Below, piece after piece: positions 1-12,500 of a stretch of 64,000 nucleotides of DNA (positions are counted from its first letter, which is position 1; each line of letters begins with the position of its first letter). The stretch spans positions 79,825,436-79,889,435 of the forward strand of contig NC_068990.1 of the NCBI RefSeq assembly GCF_001194135.2, given 5' to 3'. This stretch comes from Octopus bimaculoides. Lineage: Eukaryota. Both the position numbers and the translations under genes were made by a program. The notes beneath the pieces were generated by a model. It saw only the letters and a program-made list of their open reading frames with translations. It did no database searches and had not been told where the DNA came from.

Positions 1-255
1 GTTTTGTTCGATCAAGGTCAAATTGGTGCTGGACAACGATGACAATGACAACAACAAAAGAACCGAATAGTCTCTAAGTGGTTACACAGTCTGTTGGAAA
101 TAGCATCCAAATTTCCGTTAAATTATACTCTACTGTCTTTGAAAAGTAAGCACAACATTGGATGATTTAGTACGGTGCACGATAGGTTAAAAAAAAACAA
201 GCAGGATGATTACGGGTCGAACACTTTTGAACGTAAGTCTGCTAAATCAGTGCCA
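1..255 (-). mobile_element. Degraded fragment of an interspersed SINE-like repeat (family C)
   Basis: Minus-strand motif GGAAATTTGGATGCTATTTCCAAC near 92-115 resembles the motif in copies near 640, 1775, 2446 and 36250. Confidence 0.4.
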
Positions 256-512
256 CCGGTGGTGGGGGTGGGAGTGTGTGGATGTTAAAGAACGTAAAAT
301 TATAGCTGCTGTTATGATGAGAATGTCGAATACGAAATACTACAAGTATAATAACATTTGTTCCCTCTAAAATTATAGGACTGAAAAAATTCTTTAGAGA
401 GAGAAAATACACAGTGAAGAATTACACGCTCTTCTCAATGATGTTATAGATGAAAAAAGAATAAAATACACACAAAAGCTCCTTATTACAGTTATCAATA
501 ATAGTTTACTGT

Positions 513-700
513 TGTTGTTTAGCCCCAGGTCGGCTCTAATTGAGAAAAAAAACTATGATCAACATCTCTCCATTTATGACCCTTTAGAACTATGTTCTTC
601 AATTGTCTGATTTTTTAAAGATGGAAAGGTGAGGCTTAAGGAAGATTTAGTTACTATTTCTAGTAGATTGATCGGCCTCACTGGATCGATATCAACGTTC
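513..700 (+). mobile_element. Degraded interspersed repeat, family C
   Basis: GTTGTTTAGCCCCAGGTC...GGAAGATTTAGTTACTATTTCTAG, motif shared with other copies in the window. Confidence 0.45.
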
Positions 701-1013
701 AATATGACATTGTGGCGTTTATAAGAGGCATCGCAGTTGTTGTTAACTGTCACAAGATTTCAACTTCTCACTACTATTGACTTGATTATCATCAACGGAT
801 TGCACGTTGCCACAAACGTATGGCGTCTTAAGCATTGTCTGGGCATCGATTAGATAAATAAATAAACAAATAAATAAAGAAAGAAATGAAAAAAGAGAGA
901 AAGCAACGAGTGATTAGGCCCTTATTATTGTTGTTATCGTATTTTCAACTGTTTGATAATTCATTTGAATATTTTAATAATTCATTAAAAAAACAACAAC
1001 AATAACAACATCA

Positions 1014-1015
<2 letters not shown>

Positions 1016-1090
<75 letters not shown>
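1016..1090 (+). repeat. Compound microsatellite (CTA)n-(CGA)n
   Basis: Read directly from the sequence. Confidence 0.95.
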
Positions 1091-1110
<20 letters not shown>

Positions 1111-1589
1111 AATCAATATAGTGTGCAACAGTTAATTTTCATGTTGTAATTATTTCAAAATATTTTTTTGAAGTTATTCGTTATTTCTTTATTTTGTTTT
1201 TTTTCTTCTTGTTTTATTTTCATTTTATTTTCTGGTATTTCATTCTGAATTAATCACTCAGTTATGATGTGCAAGAATGAAAAACAAAAAGAAAAGACAG
1301 AGAAAAACTGTATCAAAACAAACCTCGCCACAAAATAAAATATAAAATAACTCGAAATACCAATCTCTGAATACCCTGCTTGATTTTGAGTTTAAGGCAG
1401 ACAGTATATCTCCATAAATCAATATTAATTGACTGGAAACAAAATAACACCTAGAGAAAATGACCTGGCCTGTTAAAATAATCTTTTAAGGTCAAACTAT
1501 CAATGGCTAGCTTCAAAGTGTATTTTCTTATCAGTTCATAGAAATTGGACAATATTTTACAACCACCGAGCCAGAATGTAATGGTGTCT

Positions 1590-1830
1590 TCTTGAGAGGA
1601 ATAGTGGCTGGTCGTGATGTTTCCTTCCGGATAGGCATTATGACTTCTGTTATTGTTGTTGTGTCACCAAAATAGTTTCAGCTGTGAGCATCATGTCTTT
1701 TTGTCTGAGACGTAGGTTTAAATTATTCAATGTATATTTCCGTTTTCTAAGGCAGTAAAGTGTTGCTTGCGAGAGATTTGATTTCTCTCTTTAGCAAGTC
1801 GAACAATCATGTAGGTGTTCCCTCGTGGTC
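1590..1830 (+). mobile_element. Degraded interspersed repeat, family C
   Basis: GAGAGATTTGATTTCTCTCTTTAGCAAGTCGAAC...GGTGTTCCCTCG variant of the family motif. Confidence 0.4.
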
Positions 1831-2299
1831 TCGTCTGTAAATGTTACGTGTGTTAAATTAACATTCTACTGAAGAGAGCTTTGTATCTCATCCTCTTACT
1901 GTTACGGAATATTGAGATAAAGGGATGCCATCTGATCCCTTAAATTTTGAGAAATAAACTAAAGTTATTTATTTGGAAATCAAGATTTTACTAAGTACTC
2001 TATTTTGTTTTACACAGAAACATGATACATGTATTTTATTCACACTAACATATTTATACACACCTGGTTATGACTTTTGGAAGATTTAAGCCAAAGTATA
2101 GCCACTTACACGCATCTTCATGGGTATCTGCAATATCCAGGATTTATTTACAGGTCCAGCTTACGTGTCTTTATAGAACCTGTGATACAGGTATGGTTTG
2201 ATAATGCGGTTGAAAATAAGAATTAACGTTTTGAAAGTAAGTTTGTATATGAATATGAATCGCTCATAAATCCGTTCTTTTTAAAAATACATTTCTTGC

Positions 2300-2500
2300 T
2301 TCTATCTAATCTCAGTGCAACCATGATCGAGTAGATCTATGATCAAATTATTCCAGTTCTTACCAATCTGTTATTTTACGGGTATGTATGATTATCATAC
2401 CTAATGTGCCCATTCCTATATATAAGATGATAGTGTGTTATTTAGGGAAGATTTGACTGTCATTTCTTAGATGTTGAGCAATTACATAGAGGTTCACTTG
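2300..2500 (+). mobile_element. Degraded interspersed repeat, family C
   Basis: GGGAAGATTTGACTGTCATTTCTTAGATGTTGAGC...AGAGGTTCAC variant of the family motif. Confidence 0.4.
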
Positions 2501-5013
2501 TGTAGCCCTTTCAATGCTATAGAAGAAATGTAAAACGTAAAATTTTAATATCCATCACTACTCTTTATACAGTATTTTTCCAAAACGTTTAGAGTAAGCG
2601 TACCGTTTTCCTTGAATGATACATGAACAAGTTACAGTTCTTCAAATGTATGATCCGATCATAAATGAATTTTCACTGAGAGCTAAAGCTGCTTAGTAAT
2701 GTAATATATTTTGTTTAATAATCTCGAAAATTTATATATTTCAAATGTCGTGTTGGCTTTTAAAAATCATTTAGATCTAATAATTACCTATTTTTATTTC
2801 TTCGCTCACCTTGTTGAAAAGTAGGCAGGATTTGAACGTGGTAATGTTAACTTTTTTTACTCACCATTTATAACGTAAATAAACTGAATAAATTTTCTCC
2901 ATAAACGTGTATTATTCACACACACACACACACACATACATATACACGCACACATACACATACACACACACACACATTTTCTAACGCACACTAGAATGTA
3001 TGAAGTAATTGATTCTATATAAGAAAGTATTTCTAGCCGTGAACTAAAACAATTTTGTAGTCACAACAGACCACACGCAAGTTTAACATCTGAAGAATCA
3101 CAATTTCAACATAATTGGATCTCATTACCTTTGTTATAGAACAACAAACTTTCTCTCTTTCAGACTAATTATCTCTAGGATAGATTGAATATTCAGAATA
3201 ACTTTTCTGGTAGTAATTAGTGTACGAGGAAAATTAAATTACATGCCATAGAACATACAAATGAATTAATTCTATATAAGAAAGTATTTCTAGCCTTGCT
3301 CTCAGTAGTATAACTGAGAGAGCTTGAGTGGTTTTACTGCACTAAAGCTAATGAGATTCAACTGGGTCGAAATTGCGATTGTTTGATTACGAGTCTCGCA
3401 TATTTTACCATATTTTAACAGCTGAGTTACAACTAGGAAAACATATTATCGTTAATACATTTAATTAATTCATATGTTCTATAGCGTTAAATGTGTGTCT
3501 GATATAAGTTATTATTCATACGGTTATCATATTTCGGATCATTATCTCTATCGTAAGTGACGAAAAAAAATTTAATATTTTGCATATGTGCTACGTTTCG
3601 ATCTGTTTGAATCACTGACCGTCATGGAATATCTTATCCATGGATTTCTACATAGTACCAAACTGGATTTGAATTCGAATTTTTAAACTTAATAATGGTA
3701 GCTCTCATATCTAGCTGGAAAATGACGCATGTAGGGTAAGATAACAGTGTTGCTATTCCTAGGTTGTAATAGAAAAACTCTTAGTTCTTATCAAGTCCAG
3801 CACTATGTATACAGTCAAGAATAAGACGTCTCATGACTTTCGAAAATAAAACTGATTGACTCGTTGTGTATATATAATCAATAGAATATTTTTCATCTTT
3901 AGATATGAGGTTAATTGGTTAAAATTCACTCCATATGCTCTGAGTACATTATCAATTTTTCTTAATGCCTATTGCAAACCTACTTATTCTACAAATGGAA
4001 TGTCTGTAGGAACTTGTATGGATGCAACGACATGGAAATCGCGATTCTCGGATTGTTATAGTTGGTAACAGCTGATTATTTGTGTGTTATGCCAGTAAGT
4101 TTTCAAGATATATAATCAACAACATTCTTAACTCCATGCTTCGAGCCTTGTGGTAATTTATTAATCTATTATTATCCCACGTGCGTTGACGGACACCGTA
4201 GGGAAAAAAAAGTAAAGTTTCAGATTAGTCGAGATTACAAAGTGCTTTTTCATTTCCCGATTAATAAAATTTCACTTTTCTTTCGCTGTTAATGCGCTTC
4301 CGAATGTGATAAATGTCATATCCCCTAATCCTGTTTCATTCTAAAGTAAAACGGTCCTTCCACTTTGTCGAAATGGAAGCTAATTCCTTCAACATTTAAA
4401 GAACCTATCATGTTGTCATGCATTTACCTAAGTTGTTATTATTTTATCATAGATCAGCAACAGGAGCAACGCGTGGGTAATCTCTGTTTAGAAATGTATA
4501 TTGTCCATAATGCCCTTTCTTTTTTCGAGACGGTAGGGTGTTACCTGATGTATGCCTGAACTTTCTTTTGAATCACAATAGATCAAATTTTGGAATGTTT
4601 ATTCTTATACCAAGCTTAAGCATGATCACCGATTATTAACCAGATCAGGTATCAAAATAGATAACTGGAACACCTACCGATTTTACTTACTCGCAAATAC
4701 GCACTCTCCATACATTGAAATGCAAATACAGTCATATTTAATAATGCACTCATCTATACAGTCATACAATGAACATGAGTTGACTGATTGTTGTTTTAAT
4801 TAATTTTTTGACGTACGCATGCGTGGAAAATGTTGCCATCTCGCTAAATGTTACTGAGACAATAAATCATATACACCTGATTCCATTCCCTCTGTGTGTC
4901 ACTTTACACAACAAGGTTTCAACTTCATTTTCGTCGATGTATCTATGTAAAAAGACCTAAACTGTGTCAGTGTAATAGCAAGCTATAGAGAACTCTCTTT
5001 CTCTCTCTTTACC

Positions 5014-5017
<4 letters not shown>

Positions 5018-5080
<63 letters not shown>
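5018..5080 (+). repeat. (CA)n microsatellite
   Basis: Read directly from the sequence. Confidence 0.95.
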
Positions 5081-5081
<1 letters not shown>

Positions 5082-5456
5082 CATTACAGAAGTGGGTTAC
5101 TGCGAGAGCAAGCCCATAAACGATACCCCATGCATCGATAGAGAACGATATTTTATTTATCACCTGTTATAATCTGATATATTTTCATTAATTAAATCTG
5201 AAGGAAGCAGCGTTACTAAGGAAACTGTAAACGCATTAGTTGAGTTGATCATAGCCGCAGGATTGAAATACGCACGTACACACACACGCGCACACGCATG
5301 CACTCACGCATGCACGCACACACACGCACGCACATACACACACAAGCACGCACTCATGCACACACACACTCACAAATATATATATTAGTGATTAAGTTAC
5401 TATGACGTTTAATGCATTGGAGCAATTTAAGTATTACCGTATATATGTTCCAACAA

Positions 5457-5590
5457 GAGCGAGCTGGCAGAGGGTTGGACAAAAAGTCTTGCGATGTTTA
5501 TTGATGTCACTTTATGAGCTGAGTTCAGATTGTACCAGGAGTATCTTTGCCTTCCATCCTTCTGAGATCGATAAAATAAATATGAATCAA
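5457..5590 (+). mobile_element. Degraded tRNA-derived SINE fragment (family A)
   Basis: GCGAGCTGGCAGA head, CTGAGTTCAGAT B-box remnant and TTTGCCTTCCATCCTT...TCGATAAAATAA core, matching the intact copies at 21904 and 27042. Confidence 0.75.
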
Positions 5591-7089
5591 GTGCTGTGGT
5601 AGATATAATTGATTGATCCCTCATTTCAAATGTTTGATAATGTACATATGCTAGAAAGTGATACTTGTGAAAGCCACTGCAGAGATATTGAAGTCGCATC
5701 CCATTCCACGATTCCTGGTTGACACCAATTTGCTTCATTTATGTCACGAAAGCCCTTAAGAATGACATATAATATGTACGGTTTCCCTTCCATCCCACAT
5801 TTTTTATTGTTCAATGTTTTATGCGATTTCTAAGGCACATTTACAATTTAGGAGTAAAAGTGGTAAGTAAACGACAAAGACATCTCAGTTATATTACTGT
5901 AACGTGTTTTATAGACCGACAAATGTAGTGAGCCTGGATTTCAAATTTTTCATTTGAATAACCTTTTATGAATCAACGTATTTATCAATGATTAATTATT
6001 CCTGGCTGCGTCAAAGAAATAAAAATATGTGAATGCGTTTGGACTTGTCAAAATCAGGAATCGAAATAAGCTAGATTCCGCTTCAGGCTTCATCGTTGGT
6101 TTTTACCCTGAATTATATGAACCAGTGTTTACTTGATTATTCCCAGTACATTTCATACACAGACGTATAAAATCGAACTAAGTGTCTGTTGTGTCAAAAT
6201 TTTCCATCATTTCGTAATAGGAAAGGTTGAGTGTTCTATTCAGAATCGATTACAGACAGTATTTTGAGTACGCCTAGAATGTATTTTAACAATTTCTTAT
6301 TGGATCGATAGAATTACTTCTCACAAAACTATTCATATATATTATTTTCTATCTAAATTGCTGCAAACATCTTATTAAGTTAGTTTGTCCTGAGTGGTAC
6401 ACTACTGTACACTTAACACTTTGCAATCGGCGTCATTGCGTTTCTTTCCTAGTGAGACAAGAAATCATTTACATCACTTCACTTTCTTCTTCATAGGAAT
6501 GACAGCTAATCAAATTTTTACAATTATGATGTTTGTTGGTGCTTTCACTGATAAAGCCTGTATTTTCTATTATTGCCAAGTCCATGACAGAATAAATTAG
6601 AACAGAAATACACATTTGGTTCCTGTGAGCATAATTTAGATTGCAGGTGTTTTTACAGGTGCATGAATTTCGATCAGTTTCATTTGCATTATTAGAATTG
6701 AGAAACCATATGAGATTAGCACAACAGATTTTAAAAATAACGAAACAATTCATTCTAATAATCTTAAAACTTCATAACACTATACGTTAGAGATGAAATA
6801 TAAATTCAGGTATGGACTGAAAATATGTCATATGTCACTGTGAGATTTTGATTTTCCGTTATAGACTGTGGAGACTACAAGTAAAATAGAATCAAGGAAA
6901 AATAGCACTTGCTGAAAAATTAATGACTAGATCTGTATCTGAATTCATTTTAAAGTGGCTGTCACCCAAAGAAAATGGTAAAGTGCTAGCATACTCGATG
7001 TGTGAATCCAAGAAATTTTAATGAATTAAAACTATAATATTAGTAAAAACAATGAATACTTAAATTACTATTTTTAAGCAAAAAAGCAG

Positions 7090-8600
7090 GGGAATTTTAC
7101 GTGTCTGAAGGGCTATCGGCTTGAATCACTAAACTCCATTCTGCCTCCTTCCATCCCTCCTCTCTCCTCTTTGCCTGTCTTTCCCTTTCTCGCCCGTCAC
7201 TTGCAACCTTGCTTGATCTGGTAGAAGAATTGATTTCTTTCTTATTCTTGATAATTTCGAGAAGAAACTTCATTAATGATGCTATACTGTAGATCATAGA
7301 CGTTGGCATAACTATGACTGCAGTTATTGAAGACTCGGTGTTATGGATCTTCTTCTAATGTTCTCTCTTTTTCACCTTGTTGTTTTGTCCGTATAAACTC
7401 TGTAACTTTTATAATTTCTTTATATTTTTCCGTCGATGTTCGTGGTCAGTCGCTCTTTTCTCCCATGTAAACTTAATCCAGCTAAACGCTTCATTGAGAC
7501 AGTGTTTCGCATGTCTTATTCAGAGGCTTTTACATTTCAGTTCACTGCAGAACACAGCCATAAGAATCTCATTACCCTCAATGTTCCACTCAGCGCAAAT
7601 AGAATTCCATCAAGATAGACTTAACGGTTATCTATGCTCGCTGTAGGACCTTTCAGTTGCCACGTGGTTTCAGTAGGACCTTTCAGTTGCCATGTGGTTT
7701 CAGTAGGATCTTTCAGTTGCCATGTGGTTTCACCAAGAAGTGCATGTTATAGATCGTAGTCGGTCCAGATTTATCGACCATACCATACGTAGGTCTTGTC
7801 AGAATACAATAGACAGAACACTGTTCAGTATATTTGAATTTTGTTCTAACTTTATGTCACATTTCCCGAAAGCGACTGCACTACGATGAACCAGTTTACA
7901 TAGTTTTCATCAAACCAGCATACTTGTATTAGCGGAAGCCAACTGAGGTAGCAGTTGCTTTGTAGATTGTCTCATAAAACTGCATCCAACAAACATCGAT
8001 TGGTAGAGACTGTCCGGTAACATTTTTAATCTGCTAATCTACTGGTAATTTGTACTTCAGGATCTATTTCTTTGCTAAAATTCAGTTTTTTTTGGCACAA
8101 TTCTTCCAAAATTTTCCCTTCAGTCTCACAGACAAATTGCATATGGCATATATTATTACATGAGCAGTGAGACAGCTATGTTTGACTGATTAAGTGGCTC
8201 GTGCAGAACTTATACCTGCAAAGTTGTTCCTGCGGGAAAACACGTTGCCCGAAACATGTATCGCTTTGATCACAAATGATGCCAGCTGAAAAACTGCTTT
8301 TCAGGAAGACGGAAGAACTTTTTGACTTTGTGTCAAAATTTGAAACCATTATCGGCTTTGTGTCTATAGTAAAAAGGCTGATTTGAAGGTGAGTTTTATC
8401 TGTCTTGTAAGTCATATATACAGGTTTGTACTGATCAAATACTGCTAAATTTTCGGTTACTGCATTCTGATGAATACTGTCGCAGTTGGTCAAGGGCTGT
8501 TTATTAGTTGTAAGCTTATTGAAGCTAACCTACACACCTTTGTCAGCCGTTTCACTATCCACCACGATGTGTGCGCCAAGTAGCAGTACTACTTCGTAAA
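7090..8600 (-). mobile_element. Possible heavily decayed Ty3/Gypsy gag-pol remnant
   Basis: Frame-broken minus-strand motifs in Gypsy order: CRYKFC..HL (gag knuckle-like), KNVTGQSLPI, RPTYGMVDK/LDRL, VYLDGIL (YLDD-like), LHGRK/TDHE (RNase H-like). Each motif is individually weak. Confidence 0.4.
7643..7732 (+). repeat. Tandem repeat, 3 x 30 bp (GTAGGACCTTTCAGTTGCCAYGTGGTTTCA)
   Basis: Three near-identical units starting at 7643, 7673 and 7703. Confidence 0.95.
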
Positions 8601-9589
8601 AGGGAGACACGGGCATAAAACATTTAATAAACGCATAGTCCTTTTGAAAAACATCACATTAACCAGTCACATTACTGCTTAATCACAAATCACTGCCACC
8701 CCTCCATACTATACTGGGATGCGCATTACAATCAATAAAAAACTGAAGAGCAGCAACTCTCACGTATTTTGCTCATCTTTTCATCGCTCACCAGGATTTA
8801 CGGGTGTAAAGAAATAGAGTTGAGACTGGAGAGAATATAATATAGCTAGACTGTCACATTGCACTCTCTCCCATTCATCAGTATTTGCTGGAGTGTGCAG
8901 TATTGTTCTTAGCTTGATTGAGATTAGAAAGATGGCTTTGTAAGTTGTGTCTCGTTATGCGAGAGACTACATCGATGGCAAAGGATTGGTCGATTAGGGA
9001 TGACATGGGATTATAGAGATATAGCAACAACTGGTATTATTTGTATTTTATCTACTCAGAATCCCATTCCAACAAATAATGAAATAAATGTCATAGAAGA
9101 GAACATTTCGCTATTTCTTACCCCTTCTACGTAAAGAAAAGTACAACCTTAGAACTAAATATGAAATCTGAACACCTTTTGGCATTGGGTAGTGAAACTG
9201 AGGATTTGCTAAGTTCATGACTTTCTCAGGAAAGGAAATAATAATAATCTGCCAAGTGGTGGGGACTACGATTAAACAAATATAATTATGAATGGAAACA
9301 TCTTCCTTTTTTTATTTAAATTCAAATGAGAAAAGATAAAAGCCTATAAAAGAACAAAAAAGAAAGCATCAAGTCAAAAAAGTTAGAAGGGAAAAGACGA
9401 AGACAAGACACGTGATGCGACTATAGATAAGAGAAATCAAATTATTTGTGTAAGTAGAACTGTGGCACCGTGGTACTGGTGTGTGAAGAAAGTGTTAGAA
9501 TAATTAGCAAGAATGTTAATATTATCCTCCAGTAAAGAAACAAGCAGCTGGAATGGTCTTTTACTGACATAGTGAACTACAACAGGAAA

Positions 9590-9656
9590 CGTGGAGAGCG
9601 AGATAGGAGAGAGAATGAGAGAGTGAGAGAGAGAGGGGGGAGAATAAGGGAGAGAG

Positions 9657-9691
<35 letters not shown>

Positions 9692-9921
9692 CTTGAAAGG
9701 TGTGCAACAGAGAAGGCTAAGAGAGAAATAAAGTGGAAGAGAGGAAGAAAATGGAAAAGAAATTGGAGACTGTGAAAGAAAAATTAATAAACAAACAGTA
9801 TGGATGAAGGAAGAAAAGAATCGAGTGAAAGATAAGAAGAACAAAGTGAAGTGTAAAGGAATAAATTATGAGATAATGATAAAGGTGACGACGATGACGA
9901 CGACGATGATGATGATGATGT

Positions 9922-9971
<50 letters not shown>

Positions 9972-10000
9972 GTGATGATAATGATTATCATCATCATCGT
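9590..10000 (+). repeat. GA-rich tract followed by (GAC/GAT)n microsatellite
   Basis: Read directly; accounts for ORFs 9437-9844, 9572-9775 and 9804-10058. Confidence 0.9.
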
Positions 10001-10789
10001 GAAGGATAACAGAGTCAAGTCGAAGGAAAGAGAGAAGGTTGAGGGGCGGGGGAAATAATGGCAGAATGTTTTAATATTATATTGACAAGAATAGAAAGAA
10101 ATTTGGTCCCGTTGACTATCACATGGTTGATATTTTGCTTTGTCGGACCTGTGGATTTAACAGTTAATTAGGAAAAGTGCTATACATGCCGTAATTTATC
10201 ATAAACAATATACAATTTAACTTTTCGTAAGAGATCCCTCCAACCATTCTGGGGTACCGTGAAAATGGGTGAATACTCCCATGCTCATAACCGTGGGTCA
10301 GAGGCTGGGGCTCACATACATTCACTCATTCGTTGTGTCTTTCAGCTCTCTTGGGAATAAATAGGCTCGATGGCCTCCGCCTTCTTTTCCAATTTACTGC
10401 CAGGGATGACTCTTAGCATTCGTCTCTTCGCAAGCACTAGCAGGCAGAGAAGAGTTGTGCCCGGATTTGTCTGTTCCCTAATGTAGTTGCTTTCCCAGGA
10501 TGCCAAGCCCAGAACACCTGCTCAGTTATACCACCGATGTAGTGTGGTCGGATACTAAGTCAGAATTTCAAAGTTACCACAGAATTGTTTGATAATCGAT
10601 GACCCTATACTGGGTTCACCTGTCTATTTGACAGGTACATTTTTAGAATGGTGTCCTGGTAGGTTCTAGAAATCCTCTTTCGGCAAACCAACATCGATTT
10701 AGTCTTCGACGGCCCAGCCATTTAACCGATTGCAGCGGGTTACATCTTATCAATAACACTCGTGAGCGATCTGGTATACCCTATGAATA

Positions 10790-11225
10790 CTCTTTTACTC
10801 TTTTACTCCCTTTTACTCTTTTACTTGTTTCAGTCATTTGACTGCGGCCATGCTGGATCACCGCCTATCAGTCGAGCAAATTAACCCCAGGACTTATTCT
10901 TTGGAAGGCTAGTACTTATTCTATCGGTTCTCTTTTGCCGAACCGCTAAGTTACGCGGACGTAAACACACCACCATCGGTTGTCAAGTGATGCTGGGGTG
11001 GGGTGGGGGGACAAACACAGACACACAAACATATACACACACACACATATATATATATACATATATACGACGGGCTTCTTTCAGTTTCCGTCTACCAAAT
11101 CCACTCACAAGGCTTTGGTCGGCCCGAGGCTATAGTAGAAGACACTTGCCCAAGGTGCCACGCAGTGAGAATGAACCCGGAACCATGTGGTTGGTAAGAA
11201 AGCTACTTACCACACAGCCATTCCT
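10790..11225 (-). mobile_element. Near full-length tRNA-derived SINE (family B) with internal microsatellite
   Basis: Minus strand: head TGGCTGTGTGGTAAG (A box), GGTTCATTCTC (B box), GGCACCTTGGGCAAGTGTCTT core, internal (TA/TG)n, tail CCAGCATGGCCGCAGTCAAATGACTGAAACAAG followed by (TAAAAGAG)n. Confidence 0.9.
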
Positions 11226-11649
11226 GTGAATATAGATAAAAGCTGTATATTATATAACCCGTGAATAGAGAGGAGAATAGAATAAAAAAAGACTGCAGCA
11301 ACGAAGGGAATGAAGTGTAAGACTGAATTAAATGCAAAAGAAAGAGAGAAACTAAATGATGAGGGAAAAGACAAACCACAACAAACAAAACTAAAAGCAA
11401 AACAAAACAAAAAGCAAAACAAAACAAAGCAAAACAAAAACAAAACGAAAAAACAAACGTAAGGTATTAGTTCTAAAATATTTCGTTCCTTCATCTTATA
11501 ATGGTTTACATGTGAAGCAAAAAAAAAAACTTGTAAGTGGTGGCACAAAATTTTTTTTTTCTGTTGTACTGCTGAACTCGGAAATACGTTTTGCACTGAG
11601 GCTTGTAGCTGATGAAATTGGTATAGATTGAAAACATTCCAGTTTATGA

Positions 11650-11675
11650 TTATTCTCTTTCATCCTCATCCTCAC

Positions 11676-11738
<63 letters not shown>

Positions 11739-11847
11739 TGTCATCTTCGTCATCGTCGTCTTCGTCGTCGTCGTCATCGTCGTCATCGTCGTCGTCGTCG
11801 TCATCGTCGTCTTCGTCGTCGTCGTCGTCGTCGTCGTCGTCATCATC

Positions 11848-11879
<32 letters not shown>

Positions 11880-12230
11880 CATCGTCCTCTGCTGCTGCAG
11901 CTGTTGCAGTATTAGCATCAGGATAATTATCTCCACTTCTTTAACCGTCATCCCCCATCATGTTCACCATAGTTATGCATTTTAAGTACCATCGCCATCA
12001 CCAGCAGATAGTAGTACTAAGAACAACAACAACGGCAGCAGCAGCAGCGGTAGCAGTAGCAGCAACAGCAAAGTAGCAATCAGACTTCTTTAACCCTGGG
12101 CACCCTCATCATACTTACTATGTTTATTCTCTATAATTACTGTCAATTACGTCACCGCCATCACCACCAGCACCACCAGCACCACCAGCACCACCATCAC
12201 TACTACTACCACTACCACTCCTACTACTAT

Positions 12231-12304
<74 letters not shown>

Positions 12305-12500
12305 TTACTACTACTACTACCACCACCACCACCACCACCAAAACCACCACCACAACCACCACCATCACTACTACTACTACTACTACTACTACGACAACTA
12401 CTACTACCATCGTCATCATCATTAACATTTTCCTTATCCTCTTCATTCCCATCAATAACAGTAGCAACAGTAGCAGCAGTAGCAGCAGCAGCAGCAGCAA
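11650..12500 (+). repeat. Large compound trinucleotide microsatellite (CAT/CGT/CAG/CAC/TAC)
   Basis: Read directly; produces the poly-His/Ser/Tyr/Val/Met ORFs. Confidence 0.95.

Noticed and set aside
10675-10715. Hammerhead-like motif on the minus strand (TCGAAGA...GAAA)
   Set aside because: The core is not CUGANGA and there is no stem III, NUH or stem I.
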